Assembly (NCBI GenBank): GCA_951406725.2
Contig: OX597826.1
Coordinates: forward strand, 16,492,001-16,556,000
DNA length: 64,000 nucleotides
Direction: 5' to 3'
Source: Octopus vulgaris
Taxonomy: Eukaryota
Below, one piece after another: positions 36,919 to 51,013 of the stretch (position 1 is its first letter; every line of letters starts with the position of its first letter). Position numbers and translations under genes: made by a program. The notes below the pieces were generated by a model. The model ran no database searches. It worked only from the letters and a program-made list of their open reading frames with translations, and had not been told where the DNA came from.

Positions 36919-39512
36919 ATGTCAAGTATAAAACAAAAGCTATTCAATCCTCAAAATATGAGCCACAAATAGTTTTTTTTTTTTCATTATTCAGGAAAAA
37001 CAATGTTACGTATGATGCATATATAAACTATACTCCAAACTGCACGAACGGAATTTCATGTGAAATTCGACCTGTAGTGAGAAACACTGAAGGTGTAAAG
37101 AAAAGAAGGAATGATGTAAAAACATATTTCCATTAAATAAGATTTCTCTCGTATCTAGGAAAACGAAAACCTCACATGACACTTTAGTGAATCGGAATGG
37201 AAGAGGGAAGATACTTTCATTGATTAAAAGATTGATCCTTCAATATTAATTTTGAACCATATGACCGTTATTTACAAGCAGAAGTCAATTATATCCCTCC
37301 AAGTTTGTTCAGAATTCATTTGTTCTATGTTAGATTTTATAGCCAGGCAAATAAATATTGAGTGCATTACATTATGTTGATGAGATCTTATATGACAAAA
37401 GCACATATAAATTTGTGCTTGAGGTTTTTGCCTGTCATTCGCACTTCAGTGATGCATATGAATTCCGTAGCGTATTATGCCTATGATATTTTCATCTAAT
37501 TTCTTTAAACGAATGCCTTAATTCTCAGCCGATTCGAAAGATGCTTGCAATTACAGCTCGCTTTTCATTTTTATTTCGTAAGGGATACATTTCAAATAAC
37601 TGACATTTTATTATTGCACTCAACCCTTTAACATATTTGACCATTCAAGTTATTTCTTTAGGCCAGTCTGTTATAAATCAACTGTCAACAACAAACGGAC
37701 TTTAAAAACGCTGATGTATATTTTTATTTACATTAATCACCCTAGATGTTTCCTTACAAACTTGAAACCTCTCTAAAAGATTTACATTATCATATCTCAT
37801 ATTAGATCCTTTACTATTTCTATTTACAAAATTTGCTGTATAAATATTTTTCATCTATTCCCATCTCAAAGTTGTAATAAAAAAATTAGTTAAGTTGTAG
37901 CTTGATTCTAATATACATTCATTGTAAGATCGCCATGTGTTTTCATGCCATATTTCCCGTTTATAATAGTATAATTTAATATGAAACCTTTCTACGCCTG
38001 AAGGCCGTTTTATTTTCATTATTAACATTCAAGTAAGAAGCAAAGAAGAACAATACAAACTAATAACAATCATATCAGTTACGACGACGACGATGATTAT
38101 GATGAAGATGACAGAGAACCACAAAGAAGATAACGATATTGTTAGAGAGAAGGAAAAATGAGGGAAGGAGGTTAAGGAATTTGCTGGCGGTGGTGATGAT
38201 GAGTAGATTATGAAAAATGATTGATGTCATGATAATTGTCACATTTATTTATATAATCCAAGCTGCTGTTGTCCGATAAATTTCACAAGATGCCATGTCA
38301 TTAATAAAGTTTGAATTAACTCAGCTAGGAATATGTCGCTTGGGAAAGTCAGCTATTTAATATACTACATAGGAAATCTATTAGAAATAAAATATTCTAA
38401 TTCATGATGGGATATCATTTCATTAATAGGGTTCTTTCTTTTAGACACTTAGATCTGTAGAAATATGTGTCTTGCTAAAAAATTAGAATCATCAAATGAG
38501 AAAAATGAGAAAATTATTCTTTGTTCCTTCTTTATCTTAAAACTGCATAGTAATCTCATATCTGATTGAACTTCTCTTCTATCTTAATTTTATGTAGCAT
38601 CTTATAAAGAGTGAATTTGCTGATGTTACGAACACTTTGCTGTTGTAGTAATTCCACTCTAGTACTGCATAAGGTGCAATGTAACACGTATACCCTACTT
38701 TCGTCACTGAATTCAATACATAACACAGATATTGAGTGTTATGCAGTTGAATTACCTTCTCATGGCGGGTGTATTCAAATCCAGTGTAAATGATTGGTTT
38801 ATTTTTAGATAGAAAGTTTTGCTCGCGTGCTTTCACCTAGCTGTCGATATATGCTTGATTAGGTTAGGAACTTACAGCTTCGATCTAAGACCAACAATTT
38901 TCTTGGACTGCATCTAATAGTTTTAATGTTTGTATTTTATAGCTCGTGAACATTAGCATTTTCAGGAAAAAATGGTTGAGAGCCATTTTAGTTATTAGCA
39001 AGAAATCATCTTTTTTATTTGTTTCCTATCGAACGTTCTTTCGTTGTGCACAGTAATCCATCCACCTAGCATGATCCATTATATAAACGTATCGAAAATA
39101 CAGTTCGCCTGATTTGATCTCAAATCCGCCGTGTGCATTTCGCAAGGATTTTCCCCTTTCATCTACATGTATGATACAAATGGCAGAATATTTATAAGTT
39201 ATATTTGCAATCGATGTTCAAAACCAGACGAGATGTAATGTGTCTTGTGTCCCCAAGGAAATCTGTTCTTTTCAATATAAACTATAATTTATCATTTGCA
39301 GAGAGTATTACACTTTTCGAGGAAGTAACTTATTTTGAGCGCTCCTAAATTCACGTGGAATTTCATGTGACCTCTACAGAAACACTTCCAACGTGGACAG
39401 TAATCCCTTCTGTCTTGCTGAGGTTATGCATTCATACATATACACACATACACACACACACACATATGTACATGTATACATATATATGTATATGTATGTG
39501 TATGTGTATATA

Positions 39513-39547
<35 letters not shown>

Positions 39548-39616
39548 GTTTATATAAACATATATGTATATATATGTATACATATGCATATATATACGTA
39601 TATATATGTATATGTG

Positions 39617-39673
<57 letters not shown>

Positions 39674-39962
39674 TAGTAAAGGTTGGATATCCAATATCCA
39701 ATACTAGTATATTTATCTATTTGTCTTCCTACTTAGTACTGTATTGAATACATGATGTGATTTTAGAGTCATATTTGAGTACTATTTCAAGCATTGTGGT
39801 GTCTCTTACATACCCGTATTTATAATTTTAATAATAATTATAACCTTAAAGTATTTTCTTCCCATGCTACCCACTCGATTTCATCGTTATATATAAAATG
39901 GTCTTATCCTTATTTATATATATATATATATATAAATTTATATATATATATATATATAAATT

Positions 39963-40008
<46 letters not shown>

Positions 40009-41794
40009 GACACACATACATTCTTGTATCTCGAGTTTCACCCCACTGTGATCGTCAAGGAAACTTGTTACATTTCGTATGTAAAGGCATCTATGTATTC
40101 ACTATAATAGACATGGCCTCCTGTTTGCCATCGTTAATTGCTTAACGCTTTGCATTTTCTAATAAGCTGAATGTCTTCCTGCCTCTTCACTAGTTTTAAT
40201 GAGTTCAAATATTTTGAATCCTCCTTCCACTGAAGCTTTATTAATCTAATTGAGTGTTGACACTTGATATACTTTTAGTGCATTGTGTAAGCAAATATTA
40301 TTTGCATATTTTATGAATACATTCTTTCTCAATGAGTATAATTGTAAAAATAATTAATAATGATTCTATTGTAAAAAAAGACTTTGATGTCAGATATATT
40401 TTGTTGCGATTCTTATATAAAGTTGTTTCAATAGGAACAAATATAATGGATTCGTATGCCTATGCACACTTCAGAAATTATGCTTTTTGATGTGTGGCTA
40501 TGAAGTTAATAGATTAATTTAGGATCGTGCGTACATATATTTTTGTACACATACAATATATGTTTATAAATAAATTTACATTATGCATAAGACAGCATTG
40601 GTTATTGAGAGTGTTTCTTGAAATATATTTGTCTGAGTGAATGATTTGCGCATGCGTGTTTCAATAGAAGTCTTATATTACCTGTTGTGGATTTCGGAAT
40701 GTTTTTTTAAGAAAGAATTCATCTCTGTTTCATACAGCATAACATGTTGTTATTTCTCTTATTTATTATGTGTTTCGAGTGTTTAAATGTGTGCAGAGGT
40801 GAATGAATCCAGGATTTTTATAAATTGTCTTTCACTTCCCATTTTATAATTGAAGCTATGCAAGTTTGGTTTAAACAGTGACGTTGCGATTTATGAGAAT
40901 AATTTCCGGAATATATGTATTTTGCGTGCGTCTGGCTTTTAAGGTCTTACTACTAGTACTGACATAGTATTTCTAGAATATCCTCGTTTATATATAGCTT
41001 CCATGTAACAGACATTGAATTGTTCTGATGTAGTTCTATGAGGTCATGCTTTCGTATGCAGCTGCAAATAACTTTTCTGTTCTTTAATAGAGTAGACTGT
41101 AGTATTAAAGTGGTTTTCGAAAGTGCATGCCAACTAGACCTAGGAATGTGCTTGCTACAGCTTGTTACAGATAGGCTTATGATTGGGATGAAACCTATTT
41201 ATTTGTCTCTTGTTTAATATGCATTTGCGGTACCTTATGTATAGGTTGTAATTACTCGTTTGGTAGACTCATTTTCGGGAATCATTATAATAGTTTGCTG
41301 CTGGACTGATCTTTTTCAGAGGAAATATTTAATAATCTCCAGCTCATATTTTAGCATCAATAATAAACAGGACACTTTTTTGTGTGTATATATAATGATA
41401 TTTACTAAAGTTTTCAAATAAAGGTTGTATTGCCTTGTATTTCGTTTTACAGCTACGCCCACGAATTTTATTAAGTTTATTATTGGTTTCTCTTATATTT
41501 CTCATATAGAAATCGTTAAAGTTCATCCTGAATTTCTATATACAATATCCGTATATATTTTAGGAGATGACTTCATTGCTGACTGTATATAGCCGTATAT
41601 TACAAATTGCGGATATTGTATGCTATCAAGGGTGTATAGCCATAATAGTTCACATATTGCTGCAGAATCGTAAGATCACGCGGTGACAGTAATTGCTTAC
41701 TTGCGGAATGCAAAGTAGTTTTTTGCATACATAATGATACCACTTTCTGGGTGTATATGTGCACACACACGCACACACATACACACACACACGA

Positions 41795-41840
<46 letters not shown>

Positions 41841-41942
41841 GTATGCATATATGTTTCTTTCTGCCTCTCTTTTTTCTCTATCGCACTTTCTTTCTCTCTC
41901 TCTCTCTCTCTCATATATAAATAAATACACACACACACGCAT

Positions 41943-42018
<76 letters not shown>

Positions 42019-42019
42019 C

Positions 42020-42435
42020 AATAAATGGTGGGGTTGTGTTGACCGCACGTGGAGAAATGATAGTCGAGAAAAATTATAAAAAGGCAGAATGTAAATTTTA
42101 ATAAAATTTGTTGTATGGAAAATTAAAAAAATATAATAAAAAAAATATAAACTCTAAACGGTTTTCATCGCAAAGTAAATTTTCAAGAATTGAAAGGTGA
42201 AAAGAAATTCTTTTAAATTGAGGAAGGGAAAAAAGAAATTTACAATGTTTTTTTTTCTTTTTTCCACTTCCTCAATTTAAAAAAAAATCTTTTCCCCTTT
42301 CAATTCTTGAAAATTTGCTTTGAGATGAAAACCGGTTATATTTTTTGTAATATTTTTTTAATTTTCCATACACCCATTTTTACGAAAATTTACCTTCAAT
42401 TGAGCAATCTCCTTTTTCATAATTTTTCCTCGCCT
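42020..42435. mobile_element. PLE pLTR fold-back with decayed U3-A8 HHR
   Basis: Arms at about 42061-42240 and 42250-42435, a one-sided 40-bp tail, attc-TTGAAAA..GAAAACCGGTTA, and a gcacgtgg tail motif shared with 13896. Confidence 0.7.
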
Positions 42436-43275
42436 ATATAAATATATATATGTATATATGTGTGTGTGTGTAGATGCATATGGATATATAAATATGCATA
42501 TATATGCATGTATGCATATGCGTGTATATATATATATGAATATATATATATATATATTGATAAAACTCCGAGTTTTAACATGGCTACCGAATAATTGTCA
42601 CATACTACATTTACAGATATATATACATATACCCTAAAAATCAGATGTGGGATTATTCATTGAATAACGAGTTTATTTATTGAATAGGTTTAGGACATTT
42701 CGAAGTCTTCTTTGTGTTATAATAATTTCAGTTTGGAAGAAATTATGCTTACATGTTTGCATTAAAATGCTTGCTTGGAATTACACTCTACAACTGTACA
42801 TTCACGAATCACACCAAATAGATGAAGTTTACTGAATGAAACAGAAATCAAATGACCATAAATTTGAGGACCAAATGCTTTTTGCAATTTGCAGTTGTAC
42901 CATGCCAGCAATTTATAGAAATATGAATGAACTAGGACAGGAAAAGTGGAAAAATCTGATAGGCGTTGGATTGAAGATGAAATGCAAAATGCAGATCATG
43001 CAGATCTGTAATACACAAACATGTTGCATAACTACATGTAGCTTTTCAACAATATATCTTTTTGATAATGCAGTGATTACCTAACAAATTCAATGTATAA
43101 GAAGGAGTTAATTTTTCTTAAAGTCAAACAGGATATCAGTAAGTGGCATTCATAAGAGAAAGGCTATGTGTAGCGATACGGCTTGTGTTCTATGAAATTT
43201 CGTCCAGCTGTCTCGCGATTCTTCTGTGGAGAGCGGTCAAGTTTTCGCAAAGTACCTTCTTTTTGTAATCCAGTG

Positions 43276-43337
<62 letters not shown>

Positions 43338-43350
43338 CATTATTATTACA

Positions 43351-43422
<72 letters not shown>
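43276..43422. repeat. (ATT)n microsatellite at the LINE 3' end
   Basis: Directly visible. Confidence 0.97.
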
Positions 43423-43423
<1 letters not shown>

Positions 43424-43429
43424 TTTCGT

Positions 43430-46400
43430 AACACAGTGTAAGCAAAAATGCACCGGAGTCTTTAATCATCTGTCAAGTCATAACTAGGACCTCAGACAGA
43501 TAATACTTTTATTAAGATGTGCGCTGTGTCCAATAAGGCTGCTTTGTGTAAGACATTAATCTTGCATGGGATTTAGAGTTGCCTTAAGAAGTTTTGAAGT
43601 TTTAATGGTATTGAGCCCAACGCTGCGATGACAACTAGTATCGCATTTCATACAGTCTTTCCATTTCCACTTTCAATTCGGTTGGTGGTTTTTACAACCT
43701 CTTTACTCACATTAAGTATCTGATAGTTTTTGTCAAAAGAAAATCTTTCTATGACAATATCCGGACGATTGTGTTCAATTACACGATCCGTCTGAAAATC
43801 ATAGTCCCAAAGTATCGTTATCTTTCCATTCGCCTGCATAACGTCACTTGCTACATGCTCATACCAGTTATCTCTTTTACTTCATATTGGTATTTACGGC
43901 ATAAGAGCCAATGGAGCTACACATTTTATTGTGGCGGCGCTTGTATTCTTTTCGTGCAAGGCTCTCAAATCCACTTACCTAGTGGGACACATTTTTCACA
44001 CTCTTGCCACATAATCTCCAATTCTGGGTGTCAGGACTTTTATAGATGTTATACTTCACTGAATTGGTAGGGAGAGCCTTCGTTCATTTGAGGATGGGCA
44101 CACGATATATGACCACCCAACTGCCAGATATTCACTACGGCAATCAAATTGTTGCCTTTCAGCTTGCATTTCAACACCATCTTCCCCCTTTTTTGTACGC
44201 CTCGCTGACCTTGACTTTCATTTCTCTGTGTAGAATGTCATCCAGCTCTAAAATCCCTAAGTATCTATACCCAATACCGTCGGGTTCCCTCATAGTCCCT
44301 CTCGATGGTAACCGCAATCCTCTGCAGGCTGCTTTCTTGCCTCTTTTCATATGAAGTACTAAGCATTTGGTAATCCCAAATTCGATACCGATGAAGGAAT
44401 CTATCTGTTTTTCAGATTTCCCAATTTCAGGTTATCCATAAATAGAAGATGCTTCAATGATGGGCCTTTCTTCCCAAATCGGAAACCCATCTTAAATTTC
44501 CTAAGTGTCATTGTTATGAGTATTAGAGCAATTACAAAAAGTAACGGGAAAATGAGTCACCTTGGAAGATTCCCCTTTTAATATTGACTTCTCCAACGAA
44601 TCCATAACTTGAGTACAATTTTGCTTTCCATTCTTTCATGCCATGCATCGCAAAATTTTTAATGTTGTCAACAACACCAAACATCTGCAGGCATTCAACG
44701 ATCCATGAATGCGGTGTCTTATCATAAGCCTTCTTAAAGTCAATCCAAGTGATAGATATGTTTATATGATGTTTTTACAATGCGTCAACACTGTTTTATC
44801 GATGACCAGTTATCGATAAAATTAGCAAGAGTTCGTTTGGTACCTTGAGAACTCTTCCTACATCATTTTTGTTCCCTTGATCGTATTTCTTCCTGAGTCA
44901 GGAAAATGTATGTTTTTGTTGCACATATTCCAGTTTACTCTTACTCTTTACTCTTTTACTTGTTTCAGTCATTTGACTGTGACCATGCTGGAGCACCGCC
45001 TTTAATCGAGCAACTCGACCCCGGGACTTATTCTTTTTGTAAGCCCAGTACTTATTCTATCGGTCTCTTTTGCCGAACCACTAAGTAACGGGGACATAAA
45101 CACACCAGCATCGGTTGTCAAGCAATGCTAGGGGGACAAACACAGACACACATGCACACACACGCTTATATATATATATACATATATACGACGGGCTTCT
45201 TTCAGTTTCCGTCTACCAAATCCACTCACAAGGCTTTGGTCGGCTCGAGGCTATAGTAGAAGACACTTGCCCAAGGTGCCACGCAGTGGGACTGAACCCG
45301 GAACCATGTGGTTGGTAAACAAGCTACTTACCACACAGCCACTCCTGCGCCTTCCAGATTGTGTTTAGGCATGCCATAGGGTGGTAGTTTCCCACAATAT
45401 TCTCCTTTCTTCTATCTTTGTGTTGTCCTCCTAGTCCCCATCAGCGCATTTCTGGACACATTCATTCAATTGGACCGCTAGTCTTTCATGCACCGCGTGG
45501 CATCTCTGCAGCCAGAAGCCATGAATCCCATCTGGTCCAGGGACTTTCCTGTCAGGCGCTTTACCCACTTGATCTTTCTCATCACCCGCGCTTATGACAA
45601 TATTCCTTTGTTTCTTTCCCCCTTATAATTCTGTCCTGATAATTCCTATCCATATTGCATCACATTGTTTTATGCACCACATTGTTTCCCCATATTTCGC
45701 TCCAGAACTCCTTGGCTTGATTTGCATCAGGAGCATCATTTTCCCAATTGTCTCCTTCTAACGTTCAGAAGAACTCATTCGGGTTATTTTTTTTAAATCT
45801 GTTATCCTCGAACTGCAAATTTCTGTTCACAAATCTTATGATCTCCTGTTTTTTTGCCATGATTCTCTGTTTTAACTTCCCTATTACAGCATCAAACCCG
45901 TTCTTCCGTATTTTATATTTCTTGTCTAATGTTTCTCGGTCGGTCTTTTTCCCATTTTTCCAGTTTCCTCTTAACCATTGGACAATTTGTCCTAGATCTG
46001 GCCTTGCCTGCATTATGTCCCTTTCAATGCGTCGTTTCAACCATGGTTCTTTTGCTCCACCATTTTTGTTCTCCTAAGTTTTAGTTTCTCCTCAACAAGT
46101 AGCGCAATAGCCCGGAGACGATTCCCTGTCTGTATTATGCCCTCTGTCTAGATGTATGGTATGACAGTATTTCTCTTTTGTGTTACGTTATTTATCTTTC
46201 TCCTATCTACCCATCTCATATTTATGGGGAATTTTTCTCCTGGAGCAGTCTTCAAGTCGGTGACTCGTCTTTAAATTTCATGCAATTCATTATCTAGCTG
46301 GTTCATATTCCCTGCATGTCCACCCATCATTGTTTCAGAATTTACTGTATAACATTCCTGTTCCTCATCCTTAACAGCCCCATCACGACTCCCTTGTTCC

Positions 46401-46900
46401 TCCTGTTTACTCTTCTCCCTGCTTTCAACTCCTACCTCTCTATTTTCAACTCTGACCATCCTTTGTAGCCTATCTGCAGTACCCCACAGACACTCACTTA
46501 CCCGAGATATTTCTACTCCAGTTAAGTAACCCTTCATTTTAATCACTCTCATTTGTTTCATTAATTTATATTCTGACATGGACACATGTCCTTTTCCATC
46601 CAAAATTTCAAGGTACGTAGGTCTACACAGCGACTTCTTTCTAGGTTTGCTCTTATATGACATTCAAAAAGTGCATCGTAATCTTTCTTTGTCCACTTAT
46701 GTCTGTTTTTGCGCACACCGTGTATAGGATCTGTTGTGACATAACGACCGTCCAAAGCCAGTCCCTGCCCGTGATGTGGGCAGTTTCGGACGTGTCGGGC
46801 GGAAAACTTTCACCACTATATCGGCTATAGTTTCATTCTCGCTGTTAATATTTTCCTTGTGTTGCATTATTATTTCATGAAGGTTCTTATTCAAATCCTA
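43430..46900 (-). mobile_element. near full-length degraded R4/Dong-type LINE
   Basis: RHKWTKKD..; PW.KRRIERDI; K.PGPDGIHGFW; WIDFKKAYD..PHSWI; GIFQGDS; HLLFMDNLK; YRYLGI; ILWDYDFQTDRVIEHNRPDIV; ends LRS* before (TAA)n. Confidence 0.9.
44934..45351 (-). mobile_element. SINE family A (tRNA head, CORE-like centre, internal TA/TG microsatellite), intact
   Basis: Head ggcgcaggagtggctgtgtggtaag, B box gggttcagtccc, ccttgggcaagtgtctt, tail (aagagtaa)n; TSD TTCCAG at 44928-44933 and 45352-45357. Confidence 0.9.
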
Positions 46901-47046
46901 TCCTTCTCTTCCCTCTCTTATATACACGTGTACATGTACGTACAAACACCTATATAATTAACATGCTTGCATTGTATCGCCTCCATAACTACAGTGATTA
47001 TCATTACCACCATGATTCTACCTATAGTATTTAAAATTATCAATAA

Positions 47047-48401
47047 CTAGCACTATGACCCGACGTTGCCGGGTCTAGTGCTAGTGCTTGTTGTTGGTTG
47101 CCGGATCGCAGTAAACATTTCTCACTAAATCAAGAGCTAAGTTTCTTATCACATTTCAGCCCGGGACAGTTTTCTTGTTTATGAGCTAGTTGGGGCGTTT
47201 TATGAGAGTAATTAATATTCATTGGACTTCGGTTTTCACACCTGGAACGGCATAATCATGGAAAATCAGCAGGACTGTGCACATGCCATTAGTCGAACAT
47301 AAAAGGAGGCAGAAGAAAGCGAAAATTTCGAATTTGACCGAAAAATAGCTTGATTTTGAAAATACACATCAACCTCATTTGTTGAGTTTTGGTTTCACAC
47401 CCAACCCAGTTCTGTGCAATCAGTGTCGTGACGGGAACGCATGGGTTGAGTATTTGACTGGCAGAGGTGAGCAAGTTGCACATGCCAACCCTTGTGCCAC
47501 CCTCCCACCTAACCCCCTCGTCCTATGAGTGAATAGCAATGGTGGGAAAAAAAAGTGCTGATTCCAGCGAAAAGGCAGAGCAATTAGAGTACAAAAAACA
47601 GCATTAAAAGTGATTTTATGAGTATGACGCATTCAAGCAAGTAACGCTGTAAGTTCATGACGCATAGAAGAACGTAAGACATCAATGTTAATTAAGGTAT
47701 AAATAATAGGTATGCCTTTTCGCCGGAAGGCTAATTGGGCTCACGATCCACTGAAACGGAGAAGGTTAGGTTCGGAATACAACTAAGCCTTCAACTAAAA
47801 CCTAGACCAACTGTACGGAAGGGGGCTCGGGATCCTCTAATAGATAGCTTCTAATCCCAATCTATCACTAACCCAATCAAGGGGTTCTAAATGACTTGGC
47901 TGTAGAGGAAATTGGTTGTGGAGATGTGCATGGCGGGTTTGTGTCGGAGCAGGACGACTGCATTGGATGAAGGACCATTGAAGAATGTAGCTTTGGAGAT
48001 CCAAACTCGTTAATTTCTCAAATCAAAAAAGCGTGCACGTTTGAAAGCCAAAACACATGATAACGCGTCTTCGTAAAACAAAAATGCGCTGAGTCATAAA
48101 GACTGTTAAAATGCGCACGCGCATTCAACTGTCACGGGTAAAATTATCTCCGTCCATTCAAAAAACAGCTGGCAGCCTATTGGCGCATCGCGTACAAATT
48201 TCTGTTTTAGCGATTTTGAATGGATATGCCCATAATTTATGGGCAAAAGGGGTTGGTTTATCGATTTTTTTTAATGGCTTTCGGGGTGACTGGGGAAATG
48301 AAAATATCTTCACGACCACCCTCAGATAGCTTTGAAAGCCCATAGAAAATGCAAGCCTTTTACGTGAAAAACTGACATTTTTCCGTTTATAGATGTAGAG
48401 A
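47047..48401 (-). mobile_element. non-autonomous Helitron
   Basis: Minus strand reads A|TCTCTACATCTATAAA ... GACCCGGC-aac-GTCGGGTC hairpin, 6 nt, CTAG|T; AT target and no TSD. Confidence 0.85.
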
Positions 48402-48499
48402 TTATATGGGTCCCTGATATTGCAGCTGATTTTCGTCACTCTTTGTCAAATACTCGGCAAGCTTTCTACTTACACTCTTTATACAATGGTCTATACTAA

Positions 48500-48870
48500 T
48501 CAGTCCTCTGCCACCATTTTTTTCTTTTCATATACAGTCTGTTTACGTTTATAGTTAACACTAACTGATATCTTTTGCGCTCCCTGCACGAATGGTAATC
48601 CGGGGGTATTTCTCAACTAATTTTTAATTCTTTTACTGGTCATTTCAAGTGATCCCACACCCATTGGTATTGTAACCGTTTTGAGAGTAGGAGAAAGAGC
48701 AGCAGCTTAGTGAATAGACCAGATTCTATAGGTCTGTAAACGTATTCAGTAGTTGGTAAGGAGATCAGCAGTGGGCATTCCTGGGCAATCAGGAGACAAA
48801 AGAGACCTCATACCCTTGTGGTCACCAGTGGTCAAATGTGTATACTACTACTAGTGAGCAACGAGAGCGC
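48500..48870 (+). pseudogene. possible GIY-YIG/PLE C-terminal remnant
   Basis: Frameshifted GISQ..FN..GH..SD..IGI..R.KEQQL; weak resemblance only. Confidence 0.3.
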
Positions 48871-48885
48871 TGAAATATATATATA

Positions 48886-49090
48886 TGGGGAGAGTTTACA
48901 AAAAAACAAAAAACGAAGACAGGTGGTGTACAAAACAAACAGATGTATTAGTATAACGCCCAGGAATAGAAAAAAGTCTTTTATGTTTCGAGCCTACGCT
49001 CTTCTACTGATAGGGACACACAAAAAACAAGGAGAGAAACAAGGAGCCAAATAATGTTTATAGAGGCTAACGATCTATCATGGTGACTGT
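48886..49090 (-). mobile_element. solo PLE pLTR, same family as 21398-21610
   Basis: Shares aagtcttt.a.gtttcgagcctacgctcttc, cgaag.caggtgg and gctaacga; TA-flanked. Confidence 0.8.
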
Positions 49091-49097
49091 ATATATA

Positions 49098-49474
49098 CAC
49101 TACCGTCAGAAATTAATTAGCACCCTTGATTTGCTCTTCACTCAAGGTATGTGCTGTCACCTAGTGGCCATATCTCGAACTATTGCTTTGTTGCGAGTTC
49201 ACTGTTGCGCAGAACGATGACGTAACTTTGTTTGCAGAGCAGTTTGAGAGTCTACAGCCCTATGATGTTGACATAGCAGTGCAACAACAACTTGGAGTGC
49301 GGATGCAGACAAATCTTCCTTTGTTTAATAGATATAGGTAGCCCCTCGCAAGGACCGAAATCACACCATACTAAGTTTTCTCATCGCGTAAGACGTTTTG
49401 AACAGCTCATAGGTTAATTGATTTAACCTATTTAATGTGGAAATTTGAGAAGTGCTAATTAATTTCTGAGCGAA

Positions 49475-49477
<3 letters not shown>
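49098..49477. mobile_element. Tc1/mariner-type MITE
   Basis: 26-bp TIRs cactaccgtcagaaattaattagcac and gtgctaattaatttctgagcgaagtg, with TA on both sides. Confidence 0.8.
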
Positions 49478-49564
<87 letters not shown>

Positions 49565-50291
49565 TTACTGACGTTCACATCGTTGAATTTTGAATTTCTG
49601 ATTTCTTTTTCAATTTTTCTTTTCTTATTATAAGTTGTACTGTGTTTTACAATTTTTGCAATTTTGCAGTTTGTATACATTGGCAGGTGCTTGCCTCCTT
49701 AACTTTTCTTTTTTTTATCGTGCATTTAATTGCGTTGTTGCAATAAAAGGTGTGTTTACATATTCGGGTGATCAGGGAAAAAAGAAAGATGATACTTTCA
49801 CACAAATTGTAGATACTAAAGTTTTAGAATTTTCTAGAGATGTTTGTTTGTATATCCGATCAGAAAAGGATGTTTACGTTTTTGAATACCCGGGGAGTAA
49901 GGAAAGAAAAGAATGATCTTTTGTATGTCTGAACAGAGAAAATTGTAGTGTTCTTAGACTAAAAAGGATATTTACATTTTCAAATATTCAGGGAGAAACG
50001 AAAGAATAGGTATTCTCAGAAGTTGTAGATATTAAGCTTATTAAAGCTGATCGTTTGTGTGTTCGAAAACTATAGATATGTACCTTTCTTATCTTATTTT
50101 AAGGGACATTTAAATTACTCACAGGAAATTCTAGATATTCCAGGATTTGAGAGTTACTTTTCAGTTGTCATGCTGAAGTATATTAGTGTTTCGGTGTCTT
50201 CGGCTGCTGAGTGGTCAGAGCAGCGAAGAGCTCGTCCAGCCGCTGTTATTATCATTATTATTATTATTATTACTATTATTATTAGTAGTAT

Positions 50292-50337
<46 letters not shown>

Positions 50338-51013
50338 TGTTGTTATTTGATGTATGACAATCTGAGCTGAGCACCGCCATTACAATTCGTTATTATTGTC
50401 AACATTATACGCAGCAGTAACAGTAATATTAAAGGCGTCATTGCGAAACCTATATTTCCTACGTAAAGAAAAGAAATGAAATCCATTACAGCATTCACTA
50501 AACTCTGACGTTGAATGTATCGTTATAATATAACTACGGAAGCTTACAAACACTTCGTTAAACATTGTATGCATACGTATAATGAGCCACAGAAAATTAT
50601 AAGTCGCGGTGAAATGTTGTATTTAGCCTATTAGAATGAACGTTAGAATATAGTAATGGGAAAATGTCTTAACAGTACATTTGTTAGAAAGTCTCTATGA
50701 CAACATTGACAATTCAATCAATATATGAAAAAATTATTGCTTAAGAATTTGACATTTGGAAGATCAAGGAAAAGAACATATAAAGGGTTTTATGGGTGTA
50801 GGATGTATCTAAAGAATATTGGCAATTACGCGAAGGATGCGATGTACAAATGCAGAGGTGTGTCTATGTACTTTTGTGTATTTGTTTCGATATACGTATC
50901 CATATTCGAACAAACCTACGCAAGCCCCCCACCCCCCACACACAAGAAAATCTTTATTAAATTACCTGATTTCTTCATGTCTATTTCTCACTTTCTATAG
51001 TACCCTAAAATAA

